Source of the DNA: Nitrospirota bacterium
GTDB taxonomy: Bacteria > Nitrospirota > UBA9217
Length of the DNA stretch: 64,000 nt
Assembly (NCBI GenBank): GCA_963754875.1
Contig: CAVWHO010000021.1
Coordinates: forward strand, 128,001 to 192,000
Reading direction: 5' to 3'
The number at the start of each line of letters is the position of its first letter. Within the stretch, counting starts at the first letter, position 1. Position numbers and translations under genes: made by a program. Of this stretch, positions 20,678 through 30,788 are shown piece after piece. Under the pieces are notes generated by a model. It was not told where the DNA came from, ran no database searches, and saw only the letters and a list, made by a program, of their open reading frames with translations.

Positions 20678-21475
20678 CTACCGCGTAATTCCCCGTTTTG
20701 AAGTCCGAATAAAATCTACAAGATGGTTGACTTCCTGGGACCCGGCAAATTCCTCCAGCGTCCTGGTGATCGCTTCGTCCTGCGTCAATCCTGAACGGAA
20801 TATGATTTTATAAGCTTTCTTGAGCGTCATGATGGAATGTTCGCTGAATCCTTTCCGCTTAAGGCCTACAAGATTCAAACCATAAAGCTGTGCCCTGTTC
20901 CCCGCCGCGCTCACGTAGGGCGGAATATCCAGCGTTACCGCGGACTGGCCGCCGATAATAGCGTAGGCCCCAATCCTCGCAAACTGATGCACGGCAACGA
21001 TGCCACCGAGGATGGCATGATCACCGATGACAATGTGCCCGCCGAGAGCGACCGAATTTGCCATAATGATGCTATTGCCGAGTTTGCAGTCATGGGCCAC
21101 GTGGGAGTAAGCCATCAGAAAGTTCTTGTTCCCGATGACCGTTTTCCGGTCCTCTTTGGTCGTTGCCCGGTGAACCGTCGCGCACTCGCGGATCACGTTG
21201 TCGTCGCCGATCACCAGATACGTTTCTTCGTTCCGGTATCCGATGTCCTGGGGGGCCGTCCCGATGCTCGAAAACGGGAAAATGTGGTTGCGTTCGCCAA
21301 TGGTGGTCCAGCCCTCGATCAGGACGTGGGAAGCGATCTTCGTCTCCTTGCCAATGCTGACGTACTCGCCGATCACCGAATAAGGGCCGATCTCTACGCC
21401 ATCTGCAATTCGGGCATTTGGATGCACGATCGCCGTCGGATGTATATTCACCTTGTTCTCCAAAATGTTCTGCAT
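20678..21475 (-). CDS. lpxA: acyl-ACP--UDP-GlcNAc acyltransferase
   Basis: Hexapeptide repeats, PQD, HVAHDC, HQF, GLNLVGLKR. Confidence 0.96.
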   Translation of the reverse strand: MQNILENKVNIHPTAIVHPNARIADGVEIGPYSVIGEYVSIGKETKIASHVLIEGWTTIGERNHIFPFSSIGTAPQDIGYRNEETYLVIGDDNVIRECATVHRATTKEDRKTVIGNKNFLMAYSHVAHDCKLGNSIIMANSVALGGHIVIGDHAILGGIVAVHQFARIGAYAIIGGQSAVTLDIPPYVSAAGNRAQLYGLNLVGLKRKGFSEHSIMTLKKAYKIIFRSGLTQDEAITRTLEEFAGSQEVNHLVDFIRTSKRGITR

Positions 21476-21477
21476 GC

Positions 21478-21915
21478 TTATTTATCCACGATCATTGCCA
21501 TCAATTCGGCTTCGGCAACGACCGCGCCGCTGACCAATGCCTGTGCCTTGAGACTCATGATATTGGAGCGCTGTTTGATCACATCAATCTCGAAACGCAG
21601 CTGATCGCCGGGAACAACAGGCTTGCGAAATTTGGCTTTATCAATGCTCATGAAATAGAGCACTTTACTCTTCACTTGCTCCGGAGGAACCGATTTCAAC
21701 GCCAGCACGCCTCCGGTCTGCGCCATGGCCTCGAGGATCAGCACTCCCGGCATGATTGGATGTCCTGGGAAATGGCCTTGGAAAAAAGGTTCATTCATCG
21801 TCACGTTCTTGATGCCAACCACCCGCTTTCCCAGTTCCATCTCAACAATTTTGTCAATCAATAAAAACGGATACCGGTGAGGAAGGGTATCCATTATTTC
21901 CTGAATCCCAATCAT
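21478..21915 (-). CDS. fabZ: 3-hydroxyacyl-ACP dehydratase
   Basis: [30 protein letters not shown]. Confidence 0.97.
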   Translation of the reverse strand: MIGIQEIMDTLPHRYPFLLIDKIVEMELGKRVVGIKNVTMNEPFFQGHFPGHPIMPGVLILEAMAQTGGVLALKSVPPEQVKSKVLYFMSIDKAKFRKPVVPGDQLRFEIDVIKQRSNIMSLKAQALVSGAVVAEAELMAMIVDK

Positions 21916-22958
21916 GCCTGTTCCCCCTTTGTCATGTCGGATATGCGTTCCTTGAGTTCTTTTATCTGTTTTTCAAGGTCGGCAATCGTTTTTTTGAGTT
22001 CCGGCAGTTTCGGCAGGACTGCTTGCACCTTGAGCCAATTCCTGAGTGGCATGGCATTGATACCGGCGATGATCTGCCCCGCAGGAACATCCTTGGTGAT
22101 CGCCGTCCCGCCGCCCGCCATCACGCCATTACCGATAGTCGTGTGATCGGCTACACCGGCCTGCCCGCCTAAAACCACGTAATTCCCGAGTGTGCTGCTT
22201 CCCGCCAGCCCGACTTGACCGGCAAGCAGGCAGTGTTCGCCGACCGTCACATTGTGCGCAACCTGGACCTGGTTGTCGATTTTTGTCCCTCTTTTTACTA
22301 CCGTGTTCCCAAGCGTTGCGCGGTCGATAGAACAATTAGCGCCGATCTCCACATCGTCCTCGATGATCACACCGCCGACCTGAGGGATTTTATGATGTCG
22401 GCCGCCGTCGGTCACGAACCCGAACCCGTCGCTGCCGATTGTCGTGCCCGCATGGATTATGACGCGCTTCCCGATCGCTACTTTTTCCCCGATGCTCACA
22501 TTGGGATAGATGACGGAATCGTCGTCGACAATCGAGCCTCTCCCGATATACACCCCGGGATACAATGTTACCCGGTCCCCGATTCTTGCCTCGTCGGCGA
22601 TCACGGCGCAGGGATGAAGGGAAAGGTCGGAGCCCATGACGACGTTGCGGCCGATTACCACCCGGTCGCTTATACCGGCGGCTTGGTACGGTTTTACGTA
22701 GAAAAGCTCAAGCACCCGAGCAAAGGCCAAACGGGGGTTTTTGACGCGCACCAAGGGCAGGCGCATCGCGGGGGCATCGAGAGGAACGAGCGCAGCTGCT
22801 GCGTGTGATTTTTCGAGGTCTTTGAGATACTGAGATCCGGCAACAAACGTCATCTGCCCTTCTCCTGCATCCTGAAGTCCCGCTGCACCAGTGATCTCGA
22901 CCTCTTCCGGACCAGACACCTCAGCGCCAAGTATTTTTGCCAGTTCCTTCAACTTCAT
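21912..22958 (-). CDS. lpxD: UDP-3-O-acylglucosamine N-acyltransferase
   Basis: IGSDGFGF, KIPQVGGV, TKIDNQVQVAHN, hexapeptide repeats. Confidence 0.96.
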   Translation of the reverse strand: MKLKELAKILGAEVSGPEEVEITGAAGLQDAGEGQMTFVAGSQYLKDLEKSHAAAALVPLDAPAMRLPLVRVKNPRLAFARVLELFYVKPYQAAGISDRVVIGRNVVMGSDLSLHPCAVIADEARIGDRVTLYPGVYIGRGSIVDDDSVIYPNVSIGEKVAIGKRVIIHAGTTIGSDGFGFVTDGGRHHKIPQVGGVIIEDDVEIGANCSIDRATLGNTVVKRGTKIDNQVQVAHNVTVGEHCLLAGQVGLAGSSTLGNYVVLGGQAGVADHTTIGNGVMAGGGTAITKDVPAGQIIAGINAMPLRNWLKVQAVLPKLPELKKTIADLEKQIKELKERISDMTKGEQA

Positions 22959-22994
22959 GACAATACCATTTCATCTAAAAGGTTTTCATCATTA

Positions 22995-23546
22995 CTACTT
23001 TTTCACATCTTCTTTTTTGTCCATTTCCGCGATCACTTTGCCGGTCAGATCGAGATCTTCATCTCCATACAGGACCGACGGGACCTCTGCCTTCGAAAGG
23101 ACGTTGATGGTCTTCGTCAGCACCAGAGAAACTTTTTCTTTTTTCGCTATGTTCTTGAGGACGACGACCATCTGCTGATTGAAGTCGCTGGAAAGTTCCT
23201 CGTTCTTCTTGCTGATTTCTCCGCTGAACTCTTCGCGCTTTTTCTGAAAATCATTGATCTTGCGGCTGATCGTTTCTTCTTTTTCCTTTTGTGCTTTGTC
23301 GTTCAGCAGCTTTGCCTGTTTTTGTTTCGCATAATCTTCCTGGAGTTTCTGGATCTCATCGGCGTCGATATCGAGGATCTTTTTCCGGCTTTCGTAATAC
23401 TCACGAACAATGCCCTGGTACTGCTTGCCGAGTTTGGTTTTATCAAACACCGACTGCGTATCGACGAAGGCAATTTTCTCGCTCGCTGCCATGACGCTCG
23501 TAGCCATGAGAAACAGTGCTGCAAAAAGAAATACTGTTTTTTTCAT
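22995..23546 (-). CDS. skp: periplasmic chaperone Skp/OmpH
   Basis: Signal peptide, KIAFVD, coiled coil, DLTGKVI; between bamA and lpxD. Confidence 0.9.
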   Translation of the reverse strand: MKKTVFLFAALFLMATSVMAASEKIAFVDTQSVFDKTKLGKQYQGIVREYYESRKKILDIDADEIQKLQEDYAKQKQAKLLNDKAQKEKEETISRKINDFQKKREEFSGEISKKNEELSSDFNQQMVVVLKNIAKKEKVSLVLTKTINVLSKAEVPSVLYGDEDLDLTGKVIAEMDKKEDVKK

Positions 23547-23619
23547 CAGACCCCTCCTCACAATTTGGATGTTATATGGTGATACAACTCCTGCTCATCA
23601 TTCTGCAGTAGTGTACTTA

Positions 23620-25964
23620 TCAGAACATCGCTCCGATGGAAAACTCAAACTGGCTTGGCTGGTCCGTCGGCCGTTTCTTGACGATATAGCCCCATTCAAA
23701 CTTGAGCGGTCCTATAGGAGAAAGCCACCAGAATCCCCAACCGGTGGTCTGGCGAAGTTCGGAAAATCTCACGTTCTCGTACGAGTCGAATGCCTTTCCC
23801 ATATCATAGAATACTACGCCCTTGAGCCTGGCAGCCGGCACGATCGGAAAGCTGTATTCGAGATTAAAAATCATCTCTTTGGTTCCGCCGAGGGCATTCA
23901 ATTGAGAATCCTGGGGTCCTGCAGAACCGAATCGGAACCCTCGAACCGTCGTAGGGCCTCCTACATAGAACCGTTCGCCAACGGGAACGGGTTTGTCAAT
24001 GATGGATTCGACATACCCGTACCGTCCGCGGGCCATGATTACCGTGTCCCAAAACAGGGGGAAATACCAGGCTGAATCACCGACCGTCTTTAAAAAAGTT
24101 CGGGTCCCCTCCGAGCGGCCCCCCCGCGTATTCGACATAAACGCTGTTTTTCGAACCCGTCTTCGGATCAAGGTAGAAGTCGCGGGTATCTCTCGCCAGA
24201 CTCCAGGTGAGCGCACTCGTCGTAATGCGATCACCATAGCTATCGAGCTGCCGCTGAATGGTAAACGGCGCCGTCAGTGTAATATTGGAGACGAGCGAAC
24301 TGTCCAGGCTGTATCGAAGTGAAGTCGTTACATATTCACCGAAACTTTTCCCTGCTGACAGACCGACACCATTCGACGTGAGATCATACCCGTCATACTG
24401 CTGGGTCTGGTTATAGAGATCGATTTTGCCCCAGATAGGCTTGTCAAAAAGGTAGGGCTCCATAAAGCTCAGCACATAGAGGTTGCGCGTACCGGCCGCA
24501 CCCCACTGGAGTTTGAGTTTGAGAAGCTGGCCACGGCCGCCCAAGTTGCCCTGGGTGATTTCGGCTATGCCGACCAGTTTGTCGACCGAGCTGTACCCGC
24601 CGCCCAGGCTGAGCGTGCCGGTGAGCTTCTCCTTCACTTTCACATCGAGGTCCATGATCGGTTCCATCTGCCTGCGTTGAGGAACGATCTCGACGTTTTC
24701 GAAGAAGTTCAGGTTATTGAGCCGTTCATAGCTTCTCTTAAGCGCCTTTTTGTTGTACAGGTCTCCTTCTGCAAGCCTCATCTCGCGCCGGATCACTTTA
24801 TCCCTTGTCTTGCTGTTGCCCGATATATCAATCCTGCCGATCCTTACTTCGCCGCCTTCCTCGATGTCGATGGTAATGGCCACTGTTTTATTGCTCTGGT
24901 TAATATCGAAGAGCGGTACGACGTTTGCAAAGGGTCGCGCCAGACCGTCATAGCGATCGATGATATTATTGACGTCCTGCCGGAGGACATCGCGGCTGAA
25001 GATGTCTCCCTGTTTGAGCTTTACTTCCTTTTCCAGATCACCGGTGGAAATGATCTGATTGCCTTTGATTTTTACGGAACCGACCCGGAACTGTTCGCCT
25101 TCTTTGACATTGATGCGTATGACGAGTTCATTCTTCCGGGTAAAGGTCTTTTCGGGGCCCCAAAAATAACATTCACGAAACGTATACTGTTTCGGCACAA
25201 TCACCGGTTCATCAACCTGGACTTGGATGTATCCTTTGTTGTAATAAAGATTTTTTATGGTTTCCACATCTTCCCTGAGCTCTTCCGTCCGTAACGCGCC
25301 GCTGCGGCCGAGAAAGGAAAAGAACCAGTATTCCTGCGTTTTAAGCGGTTTTTTTATCTCTTCTGCGGAGAGTGCCTTATTGCCGATGATGATAATGTCG
25401 GCTATTTTCACCTTTTGACCTTCTTCAATATAGAAAACAACATTCCTGTCTCCGCTTTTCAGCTCATTGACTACAGGAACGACAACCGCATCGTAAAAAC
25501 CGGCATCCTGGTATTTAAGCCGTATTTTCTCGGCGGCTTCATTGATCAGTTGGATATTGAAGGCGGTCCTGGGAAGCAGGGTAAACCCCTCTTTCAGCTT
25601 TTCCGTGGTCAACTCATTATTGCCTTCGAAGGTAATTTCCGTGATAAGCGGCTTTTCTTTGACGGCAAAGATGACCTTAAGGCCGTTTTCAAATCCTTCG
25701 GTCTTCACCTGGACATCTTCAAAGTGGCCGAGTTGGTACAAGGCCTTGATGTCATCCTTGATCTGGGAAGGAGAAAATACTTCGCCCTCTCGCGTCTTGA
25801 TCTTTGCCAGGATCGTTGCGGTCTCGATCCTCTTGTTGCCCTGCACTTCGACCAGGGTGACCTTTATTTCTGTCTGCTGCACCGGGGATGGCGAAAAAAG
25901 AAAGCAGAAAAAATACGAGGACGCCCGAGAGCTGCAGCACGCTGTTTCTGCACGTTGATGACAC
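23620..25964 (-). CDS. bamA: outer membrane protein assembly factor BamA; frameshifts near 25880 and 24080; start approximate
   Basis: POTRA repeats, GNSKTRDKVIRRE, GGPTTVRGF, SPIGPL, terminal F; signal peptide in ORF 25752..25964. Confidence 0.93.
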
Positions 25965-25992
25965 CCTCCAAAATTCGGAATAAGAACGGAAT

Positions 25993-26022
25993 ACTATAGC
26001 ATGGCGCGGGGGAGGGTGTAAA
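25993..26022 (-). promoter_or_regulatory. putative promoter of the bamA-lpx operon
   Basis: TTTACA-N18-TATAGT with an extended -10 TG. Confidence 0.45.
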
Positions 26023-26029
26023 CAAAAAT

Positions 26030-27162
26030 TTAAACGGACAGCCTCGCCAAAGCCTCATTGCACAGCAAAACTCCTCGTTCAGTCAGCCTCGCATACCCGT
26101 CGTGAACACTTGAGCAAACCCGTGTCGCTGAGGGGTCCCAGGGTTGCCTCAAGCCGGCTGAAACAGCTGTCGCCAAACTCTTGCCGAAAACGGCGAAGGT
26201 CCACGCCGCGAGCAGTCCGCAGGCCTAGCAAAAGCCTTTCATGCGCCGATTGTTCCATTGTGAGAAATTCGCTACCCTCCATAACCGGCTGCCCATTCGC
26301 CAGCCGACGAGCGTATTCTGCATGATTTGAAATGGTAGTGAACCGCCGGCCAGCCACGAACGATGAGGCGCCGGGACCGAGGCCAAGGTACTCCCCCCGC
26401 TCCCAATAGTTCATGTTGTGGCGGCATTCGAAGGCCGGGTAGAGAAAAATTCGACAGTTCGTACCTGGAATACCCGGAGTCGTGTAATGTTGTAACTGTC
26501 TGTTCATACATCGTTGCAGTCACTTCATCGTCGGGCAGCGTGAGTTTCCCCGAATCGGCTTTTTGTTTGAACTCCGATCCTTCATCGAGCGAAAGACTGT
26601 ATGCGGATATATGTTCAGGGGCAAGCTCGATTGCTGCCGCCACCGTTTTCTCCCACTGTTTCCCGGACTGTCCGGGAACGCCATAGATAAGGTCAATGCC
26701 GATGTTGCGAAAGCCTACACTCCGAGCCAATCGAAAAGCATCGACAGCCTGCCCTGTGGTATGCGATCTGCCGAGCACTCTGCAGGACGTCATCGGAGAA
26801 GGACTGTATGCCCAGACTCAGCCGGTTTACGCCCAGTGCCTTCCAGAGCGAAAGATTCTGTTTTGTGACCGAATTCGGGTTCGCCTCGATGGTGAATTCG
26901 GCGTCGGCGACGAGCTCAAAATGATCCTTAATGGCGTTTATGCATCCTACAGCCTGTTCTCGTGAAAGGATCGATGGGGTCCCGCCGCCAATATAAACTG
27001 TTTGGAACACACGGCTGCGGAAATCGGCTTATACCCTGAAGCTTCTTTGTGCAACGCGGCTATGAAATTGTCTGCACTTTGCAGAGAATAGCGTGTTGAA
27101 TAAAAGCCACAGTACCGGCACTTTCTGACACAAAAAGGTATATGGATATAGAGGCTCAACAT
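26030..27162 (-). CDS. hemW: radical SAM heme chaperone HemW (HemN-like); several frameshifts
   Basis: LYIHIPFCVRKCRYCGF, YIGGGTPS, EANP, DLIYG, YELSNF, HNMNYW, YLGLGPGA across four ORF fragments; tail RLTERGVLLCNEAL ends at 26030. Confidence 0.88.
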
Positions 27163-27250
27163 ATTGTTTTGTCAGTGATGAATTCTTGATAGCGATAACA
27201 AAGAATTCTCGTTGATGCAATTATGCAAGTCGAATGCCAGCGCAGGATGA

Positions 27251-27712
27251 TTACGGTCTTGGGGTGATATTGATGATGAGCGAGGATTCGTCACAATCCG
27301 GAAACTTGACGCAATTCAGGCAATCGGTCCATATTTTATGGGGCAATTCCTTTTTATCAACTTCTGTAAAACCGAGTTTCCGGAAAAATCCGTTCTGGTA
27401 GGTCAGCACAAACACCCGTTCCACCTGAAGCGTTTTCGCTTCGTCCAGACATTGACGAACCAAACTGTGGCCGATACCTCGCTTGATGCGGTCATGCCGT
27501 ACGGCAAGCGAGCGAATTTCCGCAAGCCCGTCCCAACTCACATGGAGGGAGCACACACCTACAAGGGCGCCGTCTTCAACGTACACATGAAAATCTCGCA
27601 GGTGTTCGTAGATATCATTCAGGGTACGCGGCAGCATCTGGCCCGTGTCTGCATACTGATTAATGAGTGTTTGGATGCCCTTTACGTCGGACAGCGTCGC
27701 TTTGCGGATCAT
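27251..27712 (-). CDS. GNAT N-acetyltransferase (short ArgA-like)
   Basis: MLPRTL, AEIRSLAV, VFVLTY, FFRKLGF, LPHKIWTDCLNC...CDE. Confidence 0.82.
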   Translation of the reverse strand: MIRKATLSDVKGIQTLINQYADTGQMLPRTLNDIYEHLRDFHVYVEDGALVGVCSLHVSWDGLAEIRSLAVRHDRIKRGIGHSLVRQCLDEAKTLQVERVFVLTYQNGFFRKLGFTEVDKKELPHKIWTDCLNCVKFPDCDESSLIINITPRP

Positions 27713-27718
27713 AGTGAA

Positions 27719-27747
27719 AAACTACAATGTTACCGTGTCAATGTCAA
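27719..27747 (-). promoter_or_regulatory. putative sigma70 promoter, leaderless layout
   Basis: TTGACA-N17-TAGTTT followed 6 nt later by the ATG at 27712; no SD. Confidence 0.55.
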
Positions 27748-27871
27748 CAGAAAAGAGCTGTCTCAGGAAAAGCGTGATAGATTCCCCACTTGACACAAAA
27801 GAGTGCGAAATGAGGGTGCCCGTCGCCACCGAGGATGTTTCTCCTTGAGCATCAGAAGGACAAATGTACTC

Positions 27872-27901
27872 TTGACTTTATCGTACAGATTGGAGTATAT
27901 T
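27872..27901 (+). promoter_or_regulatory. putative promoter of clpC
   Basis: TTGACT-N18-TATATT upstream of clpC. Confidence 0.45.
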
Positions 27902-27956
27902 TTATTCAACAAGTGTAAACGCATTTCCGAGAATGTTTGAAGGCGGTTACGACGAT

Positions 27957-30400
27957 ATGATGTTCGAAAAATTCACTGAACGAGGAAGAAAAGTAATCGT
28001 TTATGCTCGCGAAGAGGCCGAGCGGCTTCAAAACGATTACCTGGGCACGGAGCATATCCTGCTCGGAACGCTTCGCGAAGAGGACGGTATTCCCGTCGCG
28101 GTGCTGAGGAAGATGGGCATCGATGTAGACCAGATCCGCATGGAGGTCGAACGAAACCTCCCCTCAAGCGGAAACACCCTCACCTTCGGCGACATTCCCT
28201 TTACTCCCCGCGCAAAAAAAGTCCTTGAATACGCAGTTGAAGAAGCCCGGCTCCTCGGGCACAATTATATCGGAAGCGAACACCTTCTCCTCGGACTTAT
28301 CCGTGAAGAAGAAGGGATCGGCGGCAAGATCCTTCGCAGTTTCGGCGTAAATCTGCTTGGTTCCCGCCAGCTGGTCATCAACTATCTGCGACGGGCAGCG
28401 ACCCAGGTCAGCGCAAAAAAGAGCCCTACTCCGGCCCTTGACGAGTTCAGCAGGGACCTCACGCAACTGGCAAAGAGCGGCAAACTGGATCCGGTCATCG
28501 GCCGGGAAAACGAAATCGATCGCGTTCTGCAGATCCTCTCCCGCAGGACGAAAAACAATCCCGTCATCATCGGTGAACCGGGCATCGGAAAAACCGCGAT
28601 CGTCGAGGGACTCGCGCAGCGGATCATTAACGGCGATATTCCCGAGAACATCATGAACCGGCGCGTGGTCTCCCTTGATCTGGGATCGCTGATCGCGGGG
28701 ACGAAATACCGCGGCCAGTTCGAAGAACGGCTCAAGATCGTCATGAAGGAGATCGTTCAGGCGGACAATATCATCCTGTTCATCGACGAACTTGCATACG
28801 CTGGTCGGCGCAGGAGCTGCCGAGGGATCAATCGACGCATCGAGCATGTTAAAACCGGCCTTGGCGCGGGGAGAAATCCAGTGCATCGGCGCAACAACGC
28901 TCGACGAGTTCAGAAAACATATCGAAAAGGACGGCGCGCTCAAGCGACGTTTCCAGCCGATCTATGTCCAGCCGCCGAGCCTCGACGAGACGATCAATAT
29001 CATCAAAGGCCTCCGGCCGAAATATGAATCTCACCACAAGATCAAGATCACCGATGAGGCGGTCTTAGCCGCGTCGCGTCTTTCCGACCGCTACATCACC
29101 GACCGGTTCCTCCCTGATAAGGCAATCGATGTGATCGATGAGGCCGGCGCAAAGGCAAAACTCAATCGGTATACCTACCCGACTGAGATGAAGTCCATCG
29201 AGAAAAAACTTAAGAAGCTGGAGCAGGAGAAGAACCTGTTCTCGCGCATCAAGGATTATGTCCGCGTCGAATCCATCCACGAGGAAGAAGACCGGCTGCG
29301 CGAAACTCTTGACGGCATTCACAAGGACTGGAAGGACAATCAGGAGAAGAACGTCCCGGTGGTCGGCGAAGAAGAAGTCGCCGTCGTCGTTTCCCACATT
29401 ACCGGCATCCCCCTCGCGCGGCTCGAAGAGCAAGAGGCTTCACGCCTGCTGCGCATGGAGGAGGATCTGCACAAACGGATCGTAGGCCAGAACGAGGCCA
29501 TCGATGCCGTGTCGCGGGCGATCCGCCGTTCGCGCGTGGGGCTCAAAACGCGCAAACAGCCGATTGGTTCGTTTATCTTTCTCGGACCCACCGGCGTCGG
29601 CAAAACCGAACTCGCACGATCTCTTGCAACATTTCTCTTTGACAGCGAAGATGCGCTCATCCGCGTTGATATGTCTGAATACATGGAAAAGTTCAGTTCT
29701 TCGCGGCTTGTCGGGTCGCCTCCCGGCTACGTCGGCTACGATGATGGCGGTCAACTGACGGAAAAGATCCGGCGGAGACCCTATTCGGTTGTCCTTTTTG
29801 ACGAAATCGAGAAGGCCCACCCCGATATTTTCAACATGCTGCTCCAGGTCCTTGATGACGGGTATATGACGGACAGCTTCGGCAGAAAAGTCGACTTCCG
29901 GAATACCGTCATTATCATGACGTCGAACCTCGGCGCCAGGATGATCGATAAAGACACCACGCTCGGCTTCCAGCAGGACAGCTCCAAGACGCAATATGAA
30001 AAAATGAAGGAAAATGTGATCTCGGAGCTGAAGAGGTCCTTCAATCCCGAGTTCTTGAACAGGATCGATGAAGTAGTCGTTTTCCACCCTCTGACGGACG
30101 ACCATCTCATTCAGATCGTCGATATGCTCGTCGCAGAGCTGAATGCCCAGATCATCAGTGACCGCAGCATCCAGCTGACGGTGACCCAGGAAGTAAAGGA
30201 ATGGCTTATTCGGGAAAACTTCCAGCCGACCTACGGCGCCAGACCCATGCGTCGTGCCATTCAGAAATATGTCGCTGATCCTCTTTCTGAAGATATTCTC
30301 CGAGGCAAGTTCAAGAATGTCCACCGGGTGACGGTAATTGCTCAAGAACGGCTCGGTGGAGTTCCAGGAAGAAGAAACGACCGTCCTGGCAAAAGTGTAA
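27957..30400 (+). CDS. clpC: ATP-dependent Clp protease ATP-binding subunit ClpC; frameshifts near 28790 and 30340
   Basis: MFEKFTER, two Clp-N repeats, Walker A GEPGIGKT and [11 protein letters not shown] ClpP-binding loop; the likely true end [19 protein letters not shown] is at 30400. Confidence 0.92.
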
Positions 30401-30480
30401 TTTCTCTTCTGGAGAGAGAATCTGCGCTTTACCGTAATTCCCTACCTTCAGCATTGAACCTTTACAACATTCCTCCCGCC

Positions 30481-30600
30481 ATAATAGCTGTTATTCAAGT
30501 GGTGCGACCTACCGCGCGGTTTACGACGCAATTCCCCCCGGCGGAGAGCACGGGGATTGCAAGCCGCGGGATTCAGTGCCCCGTTGCGCCGCGGCATTAT
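30481..30600. ncRNA. candidate structured RNA (long interrupted hairpin), family unassigned
   Basis: Nested stems: ATAAT/ATTAT, GTGGTGCGAC/GTTGCGCCGC, CGCGGTTT/AAGCCGCG, GCAATTCCCC/GGGGATTGC, in a gene-free gap between convergent genes. Confidence 0.4.
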
Positions 30601-30616
30601 TAGCCGCAAAAAAACG

Positions 30617-30644
30617 ACTGTACGGCAATATTGTCCCCTGTCAA
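30617..30644 (-). promoter_or_regulatory. putative promoter with no downstream protein gene
   Basis: TTGACA-N16-TACAGT pointing into the structured region and toward the clpC 3' end. Confidence 0.4.
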
Positions 30645-30788
30645 CTACCAGATTTTTTAAAACACCGGTTTAGAAGACGTATCTTGTTTTGAGAAGTATC
30701 TGGCGACACGTAACGATGTGTTTTCCGGTTTGGCTTAGCTAGGTAGGATATATACTGTATCGCGTGGCCGAAGATGAGATCTTCTGCG

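Noticed and set aside
25961..26019. ACACCCTCC/GGAGGGTGT inverted repeat as an SD-sequestering hairpin for bamA
   Set aside because: One arm lies within the predicted promoter and would not be transcribed from it.
29440..30345. 301-aa antisense ORF over clpC (also 37406..38215, 47259..48089, 6551..7354, 8411..9241)
   Set aside because: Shadow ORFs opposite well-conserved genes, with no recognisable motifs.
30448..30597. 49-codon minus-strand ORF MPRRNGALNPAA... behind the orphan promoter
   Set aside because: No SD, composition typical of a spurious GC-rich frame, and it overlaps the RNA-like stems.
30495..30600. tRNA-Cys, SRP RNA, c-di-GMP-I or SAM-SAH riboswitch identity for the structured region
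   Set aside because: Only fragments match (TTGCAA loop, TAAACC...GGTAGG, CAACGG); no T-loop/CCA, no SRP GGAA domain, no GGCAAAC...GCAAAG core, and no downstream gene.
30401..30603. Long C-terminal extension of ClpC in the ORF track
   Set aside because: Artefact of a frameshift near 30340; a natural-looking end with a stop at 30400 and a hairpin follows in another frame.
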